Of a DNA stretch of 64,000 nucleotides, positions 38,773 through 47,694 are shown one piece after another. The translations under genes and the position numbers were made by a program. This DNA is from Candidatus Dojkabacteria bacterium (GTDB taxonomy: Bacteria; Patescibacteriota; Dojkabacteria; SC72): assembly GCA_035271645.1 (NCBI GenBank), contig DATERJ010000012.1, forward strand, positions 93,551 to 157,550, given 5' to 3'. The first letter of the stretch is position 1, and the number at the start of each line of letters is the position of its first letter. A model generated the notes under the pieces. It made no database searches and had not been told where the DNA came from. It saw only the letters and a program-made list of their open reading frames with translations.

Positions 38773-39140
38773 GCAACAAAAAAGGATGGCAGTCCCAATA
38801 TACCCCATCCAACGGTAGCATTGCATGTATTACTACATACATATTCGGACCTTAGAGACGAAGAAGAGAGAGTGATTCTCAAATCCCGCCACTAAGGCAT
38901 TAATGTTGCAATCATTAATATATCATCTAAAACCTCAGAAGCAAAGATACAGGAAATTGGTCCTATACCAAGGCTTGGTACCAATCTGATAGGATTTAAA
39001 TGTGCTAGTAATTTATGCTAAGCATAATAAAAAGATATGTCAATGATTAAATACTAAAGGTTTGTTTCATAGGGAATGCCAAAGTGTAGGATTCTTTGTT
39101 AGTACTTGTGGAGTGGTTGTTTTTAGATGTGTGCTATAAC

Positions 39141-39200
39141 ATACTAAAAAGAGAGTACACATTTGATAAAATATTATCAATTGGTCGCGTGTACTCTCTC
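39141..39200 (-). terminator. Rho-independent terminator downstream of 39207..39845
   Basis: An 11-bp perfect stem (AGAGAGTACAC/GTGTACTCTCT) followed on the minus strand by TTTTT. Confidence 0.55.
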
Positions 39201-39206
39201 TAGCAC

Positions 39207-39845
39207 TTAATCAATCATTCTGAGAAGAATGAACAACCTCTCAGAAGAATGTGGGTTTGAAGGTTCTATGCAAGTTACCAAGACAAAGTCATTGGTTTGT
39301 AATATTGGGAATAGGTCAAATGATGAGACACTTCTGTTTGTATGACTAGCAACGACTGCATCTACTACTTGTAGACATTTTGTGTTAGTAATACAAATCA
39401 GTGCATCTTGAAGAGAATCTTTGAGATATAATTGTCGGAGGACTTCTCCAAATTCCATATCCCATGGGAGATTTGTAAATCTACCTGAATGGGTATGTAA
39501 GATTTGATGATCCTGAACAATTTTCCAATGACTCTCTTGATACCTAAACAATTCTGTTATCTCCTCATAGTCACATTCATCAGAACATGTTAAGATTTCA
39601 AGATCTTTTAACATATCTTCTCCATTTAGAGTTACTTCATATATTCCTTCTTCTAGTATCTCTAATGTAGGGATAGGAGTTGGAGATGGTGTAACTGTTG
39701 GAGTAGGCTCTATAGTTAGAGTCGGAATGTTTGTACTTGTAGGGATAACAGTTGGAATGTACACTTCAATAGTGGGAGTAGGCTCCTCTATCGTAGGTGC
39801 ATATCCAGCAGTTGTTTTTACTGCTGCCATGGATAGTGATAGCAA
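39207..39845 (-). CDS. Hypothetical Pro/Thr-rich protein (no signal peptide; TTG start in the track, ATG at 39830)
   Basis: N-terminal PT-rich segment, then a Cys-containing ~130-aa domain. It lies 26 nt downstream of the PT-repeat gene. Confidence 0.35.
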   Translation of the reverse strand: MLSLSMAAVKTTAGYAPTIEEPTPTIEVYIPTVIPTSTNIPTLTIEPTPTVTPSPTPIPTLEILEEGIYEVTLNGEDMLKDLEILTCSDECDYEEITELFRYQESHWKIVQDHQILHTHSGRFTNLPWDMEFGEVLRQLYLKDSLQDALICITNTKCLQVVDAVVASHTNRSVSSFDLFPILQTNDFVLVTCIEPSNPHSSERLFILLRMID

Positions 39846-39870
39846 TATTGCTATCAGTATGAAAAACCGT

Positions 39871-40707
39871 TTACCTAATTTTCTTCCGAAAAAACATTAA
39901 AACGAATATTCCTCCAAGTATAAGCGCACCAATTCCTATGTCCTTATAAAAGACATTAGGATTACCACTACCTCCCGAGGGGGGGATAATGATATCAGGA
40001 GTTGGTGTCATTGGAGGATCTGTAGGTTCCTCCGTAGGCACTTCAGTTGGCTCCTGTGTTGGAGCATTCGTTGGCGTTGCCGTCGGAGATTCCGTAGGCG
40101 TCGCTGTCGGAGATTCCGTAGGCGTCGCTGTTGGAGATTCCGTAGGTGTTGCCGTCGGAGATTCTGTAGGTGTTGCCGTTGGAGGTTCCGTAGGCGTCGC
40201 TGTCGGAGGTTCCGTAGGTGTTGCCGTTGGAGATTCTGTAGGTGTTGCTGTTGGAGATTCTGTAGGCGTCGCTGTTGGAGATTCCGTAGGTGTTGCTGTT
40301 GGAGCTTCCGTAGGCGTCGCTGTCGGACATATTTCTAAATAACTCACATGACTTAGGTCATGTCGGCACGGAGACAAAACAAAATGATATGGCATCTCCT
40401 CAGGTGGGTCTAGATATATCGGTCCTGGGCAGTCGTTACCAGCCTTCCAACAATATCCAGCAAGAAGACAACCATCTTGACTGGGATTGAACCAGTATTC
40501 ACAAGGTTCCGTTGGATTATCATCCTTAATCCAACCATTACCTTCAGGACATGTCTGTTGCCCTGGTTTAGTTGGAGTTGGGGATGAAATTGTATAGATA
40601 TTACCTAATTGCTCTTTTGCAGAGACATTTGTATCTGCAGATGTAAAGATGCTAAGAGAAAGTAGGATTACAAACAATACGATAGAAATTGAAATGAATT
40701 TTTTCAT
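39871..40707 (-). CDS. Secreted Pro/Thr-repeat surface protein with C-terminal TM anchor
   Basis: Signal peptide and a Cys-rich N-terminal domain. About 12 tandem PTATPTES octapeptide repeats, then …GALILGGIFVLMFFRKKIR. Confidence 0.6.
   Translation of the reverse strand: MKKFISISIVLFVILLSLSIFTSADTNVSAKEQLGNIYTISSPTPTKPGQQTCPEGNGWIKDDNPTEPCEYWFNPSQDGCLLAGYCWKAGNDCPGPIYLDPPEEMPYHFVLSPCRHDLSHVSYLEICPTATPTEAPTATPTESPTATPTESPTATPTESPTATPTEPPTATPTEPPTATPTESPTATPTESPTATPTESPTATPTESPTATPTNAPTQEPTEVPTEEPTDPPMTPTPDIIIPPSGGSGNPNVFYKDIGIGALILGGIFVLMFFRKKIR
40036..40330. repeat. 24-bp tandem repeat array (~12 units) encoding the PTATPTES repeats
   Basis: Unit gtcggagattccgtaggcgtcgct with wobble variants. 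It explains the antisense GVAVGDSV ORF at 39989..40342. Confidence 0.85.
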
Positions 40708-40869
40708 TTAAACCTCTTCTTTCTTTTTTTATAGTTTCCTATTCTCAATATTCAACTTTTAAAGTGCTATATTAAAATCATAAAGCGATTAAATATTTAG
40801 CGACCAAGCTCGTATCTAATCAGATTTCAACATCATATTATATCACAAAAGTGGACAGAACACAGCACA

Positions 40870-42048
40870 CTATGGGGTGATAGTGTATCTAATTTTTGTT
40901 TCAAGAATCTTTAGGACTTTTTGATCAACATTTATCTCTTTTGTCTTAACTGCATCTAAAAGTGATTGATATGCTACTCTTTGTGAATATCTATCATCAT
41001 TAGAATATTGAATATACATTAACATATCCATACCGCTTTCTATCGATTGCCTTGCTAGATTTGAAGGAGTGTTTAAGTTCTTTAATGCTCTCATCTCCAT
41101 ATCATCAGAGATTATGAGACCTTGGTATCCTAAATCATTGACTAATCTGTTTGTAATTATTTCTTTTGAGATAGAGGCTGGTAAAGAAGCGATATTAGGA
41201 AAGAGAATATGTCCAACCATAATACCATCAATATCTTCCTCTCTGATGACTTGACTAAAAGGTCTAATGTAGTTATCCCATTGTTTTTTAGTAATATTAA
41301 CACTAGGTAGTTTCTTATGTGGGTCCGTAGTTGTTTCCCCATGTCCAGGGAAGTGTTTAAGTACAGCTAGTACATTGGTATCCTTGTACCCTCTTACGGA
41401 AGAGATGGTTTTTTGTACAGTCTCTTCCATATCTCCTCTGTATGTTCTTTGGTACATAAAGGAGGTTGTTGAATTACTAAATTCAGCAACTGGTGCTAGG
41501 TTCATGTTAATGCCTAAACCTCTTAATATCTCTCCTCTACTCTTTGCAATCTGATATGCTTCTTCTGGGCTGGATATATTCCCTTGAGGTTTGGTTAAGG
41601 TTTCATTCCATTTTAATCTTGATACTACCCCACCCTCTTGATCTATGGAGATAAAAAGGGGAATGGTGGGGTTTGTAGATTGAATTTCAGCAATGAGGTT
41701 CTTTAACTGTTTTTCATTAGTGATGTTTTTAGAGAAGAGTATTACTCCTCCAGGTTTTGTATCTATGAGAAATTGTTTATTTTGTGGGTTTAGAGATTTA
41801 TTTCCTTCAATACCAAAGATGAATAATTGTCCTACTTTTTCTTCAGGTGTCATTTGAGATAGGAGTACTTCTTCATATGGTTTTGGAGGTTCTGATTCCT
41901 CTGTTTTGTCTATTATAATTTCTTCAACATTGGGCTGTTCTATTTCAATCACTACACTCTTCTTTTGATAGTGTTGATATATGCGAAGCGATATGAGCGA
42001 GATAATTGAAAGTATTAATAGAACAAGAAGTACTGTCTTTCGTCTCAT
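40870..42048 (-). CDS. nagZ: Beta-N-acetylhexosaminidase, GH3 family (NagZ-like), membrane-anchored
   Basis: GH3 KHFPGHGETTTDPH motif and N-terminal TM helix. Confidence 0.75.
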   Translation of the reverse strand: MRRKTVLLVLLILSIISLISLRIYQHYQKKSVVIEIEQPNVEEIIIDKTEESEPPKPYEEVLLSQMTPEEKVGQLFIFGIEGNKSLNPQNKQFLIDTKPGGVILFSKNITNEKQLKNLIAEIQSTNPTIPLFISIDQEGGVVSRLKWNETLTKPQGNISSPEEAYQIAKSRGEILRGLGINMNLAPVAEFSNSTTSFMYQRTYRGDMEETVQKTISSVRGYKDTNVLAVLKHFPGHGETTTDPHKKLPSVNITKKQWDNYIRPFSQVIREEDIDGIMVGHILFPNIASLPASISKEIITNRLVNDLGYQGLIISDDMEMRALKNLNTPSNLARQSIESGMDMLMYIQYSNDDRYSQRVAYQSLLDAVKTKEINVDQKVLKILETKIRYTITP

Positions 42049-42092
42049 GGCTAATTATATCATTACGGTTAAGATATATGGTATAATATGCT

Positions 42093-42797
42093 ATGGGTTG
42101 TGAAAACATTGAAAATCACAATTTAGGTAATGAGCCAAGAGATTTAGATGATATGAGAGGTGAATATGATGTAGCTATCATTGTTTTAAGTGGTCCTGAT
42201 GAAGATGAAAAGTTTAGGGAGTATGCAGCAACACTAGCTCATTTTGAAGCAGGGCTAATGGGTAAGAAAGCTGTTATCATTACTGCTGGTAGTCGTTCTC
42301 ATTTGATAAAAGACAGGCTTGTTAATGAAAGAGATATTCCTGAAGAGGATATAGTTGTTGAGAACCATTCCTATGATACTTCTAGCAATGCTATTTTTAC
42401 TAGTGAGATGTTAATGAGATTAGGATTTGAGGAGCAAGGGGATGTTCTGTTGATAACAAATGGATATCATTTACCTAGGTCAGAGATGTTGTTTAGAAGA
42501 TATTGGGGACCTAGTTTTAAGCCTATCAATGCTGAGAGGTTTCTTTATGAGAATCGTCCTGATAGTTATTCTTTACCAGGTGATACAGAGCCTTATCCAT
42601 ATGGTTTAGATGCAAAGAATCATGAGAATGAACCTAGAACCAGAATCCTTAAGTTTATAGATAGTGTTGTATTCAAAACTATTTATAAATATCCTGCAGG
42701 AGAGTTACTTATGAGAAGTTTAGCTAAAAATAGGTTGCAACAGAGAAAGAAATCACGTAGTCAAATTAATCAAGAAAACCTTCACTTTTCTTCTTAA
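42093..42797 (+). CDS. DUF218 (YdcF/ElyC/SanA-like) protein
   Basis: LLITNGYHLPRSEMLF matches the DUF218 signature. The track ATG lies inside the GCTATGGGTTG motif; the true start may be the ATG at 42153 (MRGEYDV…). Confidence 0.55.
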   Translation: MGCENIENHNLGNEPRDLDDMRGEYDVAIIVLSGPDEDEKFREYAATLAHFEAGLMGKKAVIITAGSRSHLIKDRLVNERDIPEEDIVVENHSYDTSSNAIFTSEMLMRLGFEEQGDVLLITNGYHLPRSEMLFRRYWGPSFKPINAERFLYENRPDSYSLPGDTEPYPYGLDAKNHENEPRTRILKFIDSVVFKTIYKYPAGELLMRSLAKNRLQQRKKSRSQINQENLHFSS

Positions 42798-43886
42798 ATC
42801 CTCTTCACAATTCTTTTTAATTTCATCAAATGTTTGATTTGGAGAAGCTACTTCATATATATCTTGTATTAGATATTCTTTCTTTAACTTACCATCATCT
42901 AATTCATTCCTACCAGCAAAGATAACTAAAGGTATATTTCTTTTAACAGTTCTTTTTGCAATACCACTAATTGTTTTACCCATCATAGATTGTTTATCAA
43001 ACTTCCCCTCCCCTGTTATCACTAAATCAGCATTTTTTAGGGCATTATCAAAATCACAGATATCCAAGATTAGGTCTATACCATGTACAATTTCTGCATT
43101 AAGAAAGAATGAACATGATGCACCTATACCACCAGCAGCACCTCCTCCTTCTATTGTTGATAAATCAACACCAAATTGTTCTTTTACAATTTTTGAGAAG
43201 TGTTGTAGTCCTTCATCAAGAAGTACAACTTCACTATCACTTGCACCTTTTTGTTTGGCATATATGTATGCTGCACCGTTCTTTCCATAGAGGGGATTAA
43301 GGACATCACAGAGGAGAGTAAATTCAACATCTTTTATTCTTTCATCTAGTAAGGTTTTATCAATCCTTACAATATCTTTTAATGTAGATCCTACTGGTAT
43401 GAATTCTTTGTTCTCTTTATCTAAAAACTTAACACCTAAAGCTGATAATAGACCTGTACCTGCATCATTTGTAGCACTTCCACCTAATGCAATGTATATT
43501 TTCTTTACACCTGAAGATATTGCATGGTCAATCTGTTCTCCCATACCTAAGCTAGTTGTATACATTGGGTTTTTAGACTTTGCAAAGAGTAATCCTGCAC
43601 ATTGTCCTGCTTCTATAACCGCAGAGTTATTAAACTTTACATATTTAAAATTTTTCTTAGTAAAATTTGGGGAGGTAAAGGTATCTTCTACATACTCTCC
43701 ATTGAGGTTTTCATGGAAGGTATCTATTGTCCCTTCTCCTCCATCTGCTACTGAGAATCGAATAGTTTCTATATTAGGTATCCCTTTCTCTATCTCTTCC
43801 TGAATAATCCTACCTGCTGTAAGGGAGGTCATTGTTCCTTTGAATGAGTCAGGAGCTATTACAATCTTTATCCTTTTCTTTTCCAT
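42753..43886 (-). CDS. Glycerate kinase
   Basis: KIVIAPDSFKGTMTS N-terminal motif; 377 aa. Confidence 0.8.
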   Translation of the reverse strand: MEKKRIKIVIAPDSFKGTMTSLTAGRIIQEEIEKGIPNIETIRFSVADGGEGTIDTFHENLNGEYVEDTFTSPNFTKKNFKYVKFNNSAVIEAGQCAGLLFAKSKNPMYTTSLGMGEQIDHAISSGVKKIYIALGGSATNDAGTGLLSALGVKFLDKENKEFIPVGSTLKDIVRIDKTLLDERIKDVEFTLLCDVLNPLYGKNGAAYIYAKQKGASDSEVVLLDEGLQHFSKIVKEQFGVDLSTIEGGGAAGGIGASCSFFLNAEIVHGIDLILDICDFDNALKNADLVITGEGKFDKQSMMGKTISGIAKRTVKRNIPLVIFAGRNELDDGKLKKEYLIQDIYEVASPNQTFDEIKKNCEEDLRRKVKVFLINLTT

Positions 43887-45103
43887 AGTTCTCTTTCAAA
43901 TACATTTTGTCCTAAATTTTTTGATTTTTTAGACCAATATCTAGGTAGTTGTTTGTAATCAAATGCATTGATTTTATCAATATATTGATTTACTAAATCT
44001 TCTTCTTTTTGGCTACATCTTTTTGAGAATTCTACTAGTTCTGTATATGTGGCGTTTTGTGAGGCGAGTTTTCTGTCTTCTTCTATGAATTCTTTTTCTA
44101 GTGTTCTTGCTTTTTGCATCCATTCACCTATATCTATGTTGTTTGTATATATTAATCTGTTTAGTTTTTCTCTTTTTAACCAGTATTGGAGACTTTCTTG
44201 CTCGTTTGTAAAGCATGGTGGTACTACAAAGTCTCCTGTGGGGTTGAAGTAGAGAGGTTTGAAGATTGAGAGACATGGTGTTGAACTTCCTGTTATCCAT
44301 ACTGTTATACTTTTGTCATTTACGATTGATACCATACTACCTGTTGAGTGGTCTGTTAGTATTCCTGCATGCATACATATGCTAGTAGATGTTCCATTTT
44401 TGATTGCTTTTTCTTGTGTGGTTGTATGTAGTCTTAGAATATTGAAGTATTGTTCTAAGTTATGTTCTTCTATCTTCTTTATATTCTCTGTACCCATATC
44501 CATTCTACTTTTAGATCCTGAGAAGAATGTTACTATTGGTTCTGTGTGTTTTTGTGCGAAGTTATCTAATGATAGTCTGTTAGAGATGTTTGCACATTGT
44601 TCTACTTTTTTGAGTTGGTATTCTTTTCCTGCTGTTTCTAGTATGTATGCTTCTTCTTTGTCTGCAATTATATATGAGTTGTCATAGTAGAATTCATTAT
44701 CAAAGCCACAGTTTCCACCTTGTCCGTATTCTAGTAGTAGTCTAATTATTTCTTCTGATGCTTGTTTAGCTGTTTTAGTTCTTTCAAGAGCTAGTCTTAT
44801 GAAGTCCATACCTATTAGGGATGGTGTTTTTTTGTTTTTAGATTTTGTAAATACTGCTTCATTCCCTATACTTACTCCATATTCGTTTATTCCCATTTCG
44901 GCTCCCCATATCCATGATGGTTTTACAAGTAATACAGCACAGTGTTCTTTGGGATCAGGTATGGATATGTATGTACATTGTACTTCTCCTCTAGCATTAC
45001 CTGATGGAAAGAAGAGTACTAGATTGGGTTCATTTACAGATCTATCACTGTTTTTAAGGAGTACAGAGTATTGGTTTTGTTTCGTCCATAGTGTATCACA
45101 CAT
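43868..45103 (-). CDS. Ntn-hydrolase peptidase, C69 (dipeptidase)-like
   Basis: MCDT… N-terminal nucleophile Cys directly after Met, and LLKNSDRSVNE; 411 aa. Confidence 0.5.
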   Translation of the reverse strand: MCDTLWTKQNQYSVLLKNSDRSVNEPNLVLFFPSGNARGEVQCTYISIPDPKEHCAVLLVKPSWIWGAEMGINEYGVSIGNEAVFTKSKNKKTPSLIGMDFIRLALERTKTAKQASEEIIRLLLEYGQGGNCGFDNEFYYDNSYIIADKEEAYILETAGKEYQLKKVEQCANISNRLSLDNFAQKHTEPIVTFFSGSKSRMDMGTENIKKIEEHNLEQYFNILRLHTTTQEKAIKNGTSTSICMHAGILTDHSTGSMVSIVNDKSITVWITGSSTPCLSIFKPLYFNPTGDFVVPPCFTNEQESLQYWLKREKLNRLIYTNNIDIGEWMQKARTLEKEFIEEDRKLASQNATYTELVEFSKRCSQKEEDLVNQYIDKINAFDYKQLPRYWSKKSKNLGQNVFERELWKRKG

Positions 45104-45192
45104 ATGTTATTTAAAGATATCATATGGGGGTGGAGGGTGTAAATGATAAAAAGACATTTCTAAAAATATTTGTTAAAATCATGTTGATTTAA

Positions 45193-46134
45193 TTGTTAAG
45201 AAATGTGTTAATGATAGATTTCTCAAAAACACTTCAGTCTTTTTTAAAACAAGCTAATACTTCAGATTTGAAGACTAGTTTGTATCCTAAAGTTTACAAT
45301 GACTTAACAGTAAAAGTCTCTTTTGGACAAGGATCTTCGGCTAGAATTCCTTGGATTGCTTTTCTTACTGATGGAATCCAGGTTAGCAATGGTTTTTATC
45401 CTGTTTATCTCTATTACAAAGAATACAATACACTTATTCTTTCTTATGGTATAAGCGAAACTAATGAATTTAGTTCTACATGGCCACCTGAAGTAATTGG
45501 ACTAGCTCCAACGATTTTTGATTTTTTTAGTCATAAAGTAGCTCGATATGGAAGTTCATATGTTTACAAAGCGTATAATGTTGAAATTACTAATAACGAG
45601 GTTTTCTTGTTAGATACACATGATGGAAAGAAAAAAAATAGTGATGAGATAAATAATGATTTGCTAACTATTTTAAATAAATATAAAAAAGTGTTTGATG
45701 AGGGTGAGCATACTGAAACAGTAGAAAATATAGGTATAGGACTCTTTTACATGGAAAAACAACTCGAGGACTTCCTTATTCAGAATTGGGATAATACAGA
45801 GTTTGGAGAGAAATATGAATTGATCATAGAGGAAGGTGAGATTGTTAGTCAACAATACAGAACAGATGTCGGGCCAATAGATATACTTGCTAAAGATAAG
45901 GTTAACGGTAATTATGTAGTAATAGAATTGAAAAAAGATCAAACCAATGATAACACCATTGGGCAACTAACTCGATATATGGGTTGGGTAAAAGAAAAAT
46001 TAGGGGATAACAATGTTAAAGGTATTATTATCTCAGGAGGATATAATAAGCAACTAGATTATTCTGCAAAGATGGTACCTAATGTTGAGGTATATTCTTA
46101 TAAAATAGATTTTAGAGTTAAGAAGGAGAATTAA
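45193..46134 (+). CDS. Modification-dependent (type IV-like) restriction endonuclease candidate: McrB-N/DUF3578-like reader fused to a NucS/DUF91-like PD-(D/E)xK nuclease
   Basis: N-terminal half has VSFGQGSSARIPWIAF (PWI motif). C-terminal half has GPIDILAKD…YVVIELKKD (D…E-x-K nuclease core). Confidence 0.5.
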   Translation: MLRNVLMIDFSKTLQSFLKQANTSDLKTSLYPKVYNDLTVKVSFGQGSSARIPWIAFLTDGIQVSNGFYPVYLYYKEYNTLILSYGISETNEFSSTWPPEVIGLAPTIFDFFSHKVARYGSSYVYKAYNVEITNNEVFLLDTHDGKKKNSDEINNDLLTILNKYKKVFDEGEHTETVENIGIGLFYMEKQLEDFLIQNWDNTEFGEKYELIIEEGEIVSQQYRTDVGPIDILAKDKVNGNYVVIELKKDQTNDNTIGQLTRYMGWVKEKLGDNNVKGIIISGGYNKQLDYSAKMVPNVEVYSYKIDFRVKKEN

Positions 46135-46148
46135 TTCTTCAAACTCCC

Positions 46149-47585
46149 CTACTGCAACCTCTCAAATTTACCATCTTCTAATTGTCTATAATATCCTGAT
46201 CCCTCTGGTCCATATAGACTCCATGAGTTAATAGGAACTTGATATGCTTGACCTGTACTTGGTGAAGATAATGTCTCATATCCTCTCATACCCTCTACCC
46301 ATTTCTCACTAGATTCAGTTATTAAACCTTTATGATAAGCACTACTTTGAACAGTAATAGAAGCTCTTGTATTCTCAGTAGGTTCAACTATTGGTAGTAA
46401 TGTATTCTTCCTTATCATACTACTATCAACAAAATCAAAACTATCTTGCATCTTCTGTAAGGTATCTTTTACATTATCCCAATTCTCAGCTAATGTCATC
46501 TGTCCAAATCCATAAGCTGATGCATATTTAGTCTCACCTGCAGAGTATGGAGGCTGATATATTCCTACAGTTATTTTACCTAGAATAGGTATACCTTGCA
46601 TCTTAGCACTAAGGTTAAACTCCTGTACACTATACCCTAATACCTGAGAAGGTAATACTGTTTCATCTGTTAATGTAAGATCTGTTATTTCCTTAACCTC
46701 TGCGAACGTCTCTTCTACCCAAAATTTAGGTGTATAGTCACCTTTTAATTCTGTTGTGTACATGTAGCTAAGTAATGTTCTTTGATCAGGTCCTACTAAT
46801 TGAATAAAACCTTCTTTCTCTTCTGAGATGGTGTAACCGGTAGCCTTATCTAACTGGAAGTATTTTCCTTTGTATTTCTTAAAACCTTCTGGAGTCTCTT
46901 CCTTTACTTCTTCTTTGGGTTTTGCTGTTAAAATTTCATCTGTAAGTACTTTTGTTCTTGCAAAACACCCAGTAATTTCCTTTAAGAAACCTTCTCTCTC
47001 TTCAAATATCTCTGCAGGTGCCCAATATGCTTTAAATGTAACAAAATCTTTTGTTTTAGAAATATGCATCTTCCCCTTAATATCATATTCGTTGATTTGA
47101 GCTATGACATCTGCATAAATCTCGTCCTCTAACTCTTCTATCTCTTGAATCTCCTGCATCTCAAATGTCCCACCTCCTTCTTCAGTAGTTTCTTTTAAGA
47201 TTTTAGAGAATGTATTTAGGAAATCCTCTTTTGTTAATTCTGGCTGTAATTTAGCAGTATATATGAGTACTGCAGTAGTATTTGTCTCATCTTCCATTAT
47301 TGAGACAGTACCGCTTTCAACCGCATAATACCATCCATTTGGAACACCAATACTAAAGGCGTTCTCAGGATACTCTATCCTCTTCAACGAACAACTAGGG
47401 TTGTCGTTTTCTACAGTCTCAGCATAATACTCATCCCTACCAATACCTAAGTCCTTTAGAATTGTTTCTAAAGATCCTGTTAGGTAGAGAGCACCTAAGA
47501 GTGCAACTACGAGGATTATTATGATTGAAATAATTATAGATTTCTTGTGTTTTGTAAAGAAATCTGTAGACTGGGCTTCTTTCAT
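46149..47585 (-). CDS. Hypothetical N-terminally anchored extracytoplasmic protein
   Basis: TM helix at aa 18-40, then a 430-aa acidic domain with no known motif. Confidence 0.35.
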   Translation of the reverse strand: MKEAQSTDFFTKHKKSIIISIIIILVVALLGALYLTGSLETILKDLGIGRDEYYAETVENDNPSCSLKRIEYPENAFSIGVPNGWYYAVESGTVSIMEDETNTTAVLIYTAKLQPELTKEDFLNTFSKILKETTEEGGGTFEMQEIQEIEELEDEIYADVIAQINEYDIKGKMHISKTKDFVTFKAYWAPAEIFEEREGFLKEITGCFARTKVLTDEILTAKPKEEVKEETPEGFKKYKGKYFQLDKATGYTISEEKEGFIQLVGPDQRTLLSYMYTTELKGDYTPKFWVEETFAEVKEITDLTLTDETVLPSQVLGYSVQEFNLSAKMQGIPILGKITVGIYQPPYSAGETKYASAYGFGQMTLAENWDNVKDTLQKMQDSFDFVDSSMIRKNTLLPIVEPTENTRASITVQSSAYHKGLITESSEKWVEGMRGYETLSSPSTGQAYQVPINSWSLYGPEGSGYYRQLEDGKFERLQ

Positions 47586-47694
47586 ATTATTTAAATATAA
47601 AAAATTAAGTCCTTAGATAAATAATAGCAGATATGTGAGTGGTGTCAAATAGATTGCATAGGTTACAAATATATGAATTCTAAAGCCATACAGT

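Noticed and set aside
40036-40330. Possible CRISPR array (regular short repeats)
   Set aside because: These are contiguous 24-bp coding repeats without spacers, inside an ORF with a consistent reading frame. No cas genes are present.
39989-40342. 117-aa ORF of GVAVGDSV repeats on the plus strand
   Set aside because: It is the antisense reading of the 24-bp PTATPTES tandem array inside 39871..40707, a low-complexity artefact.
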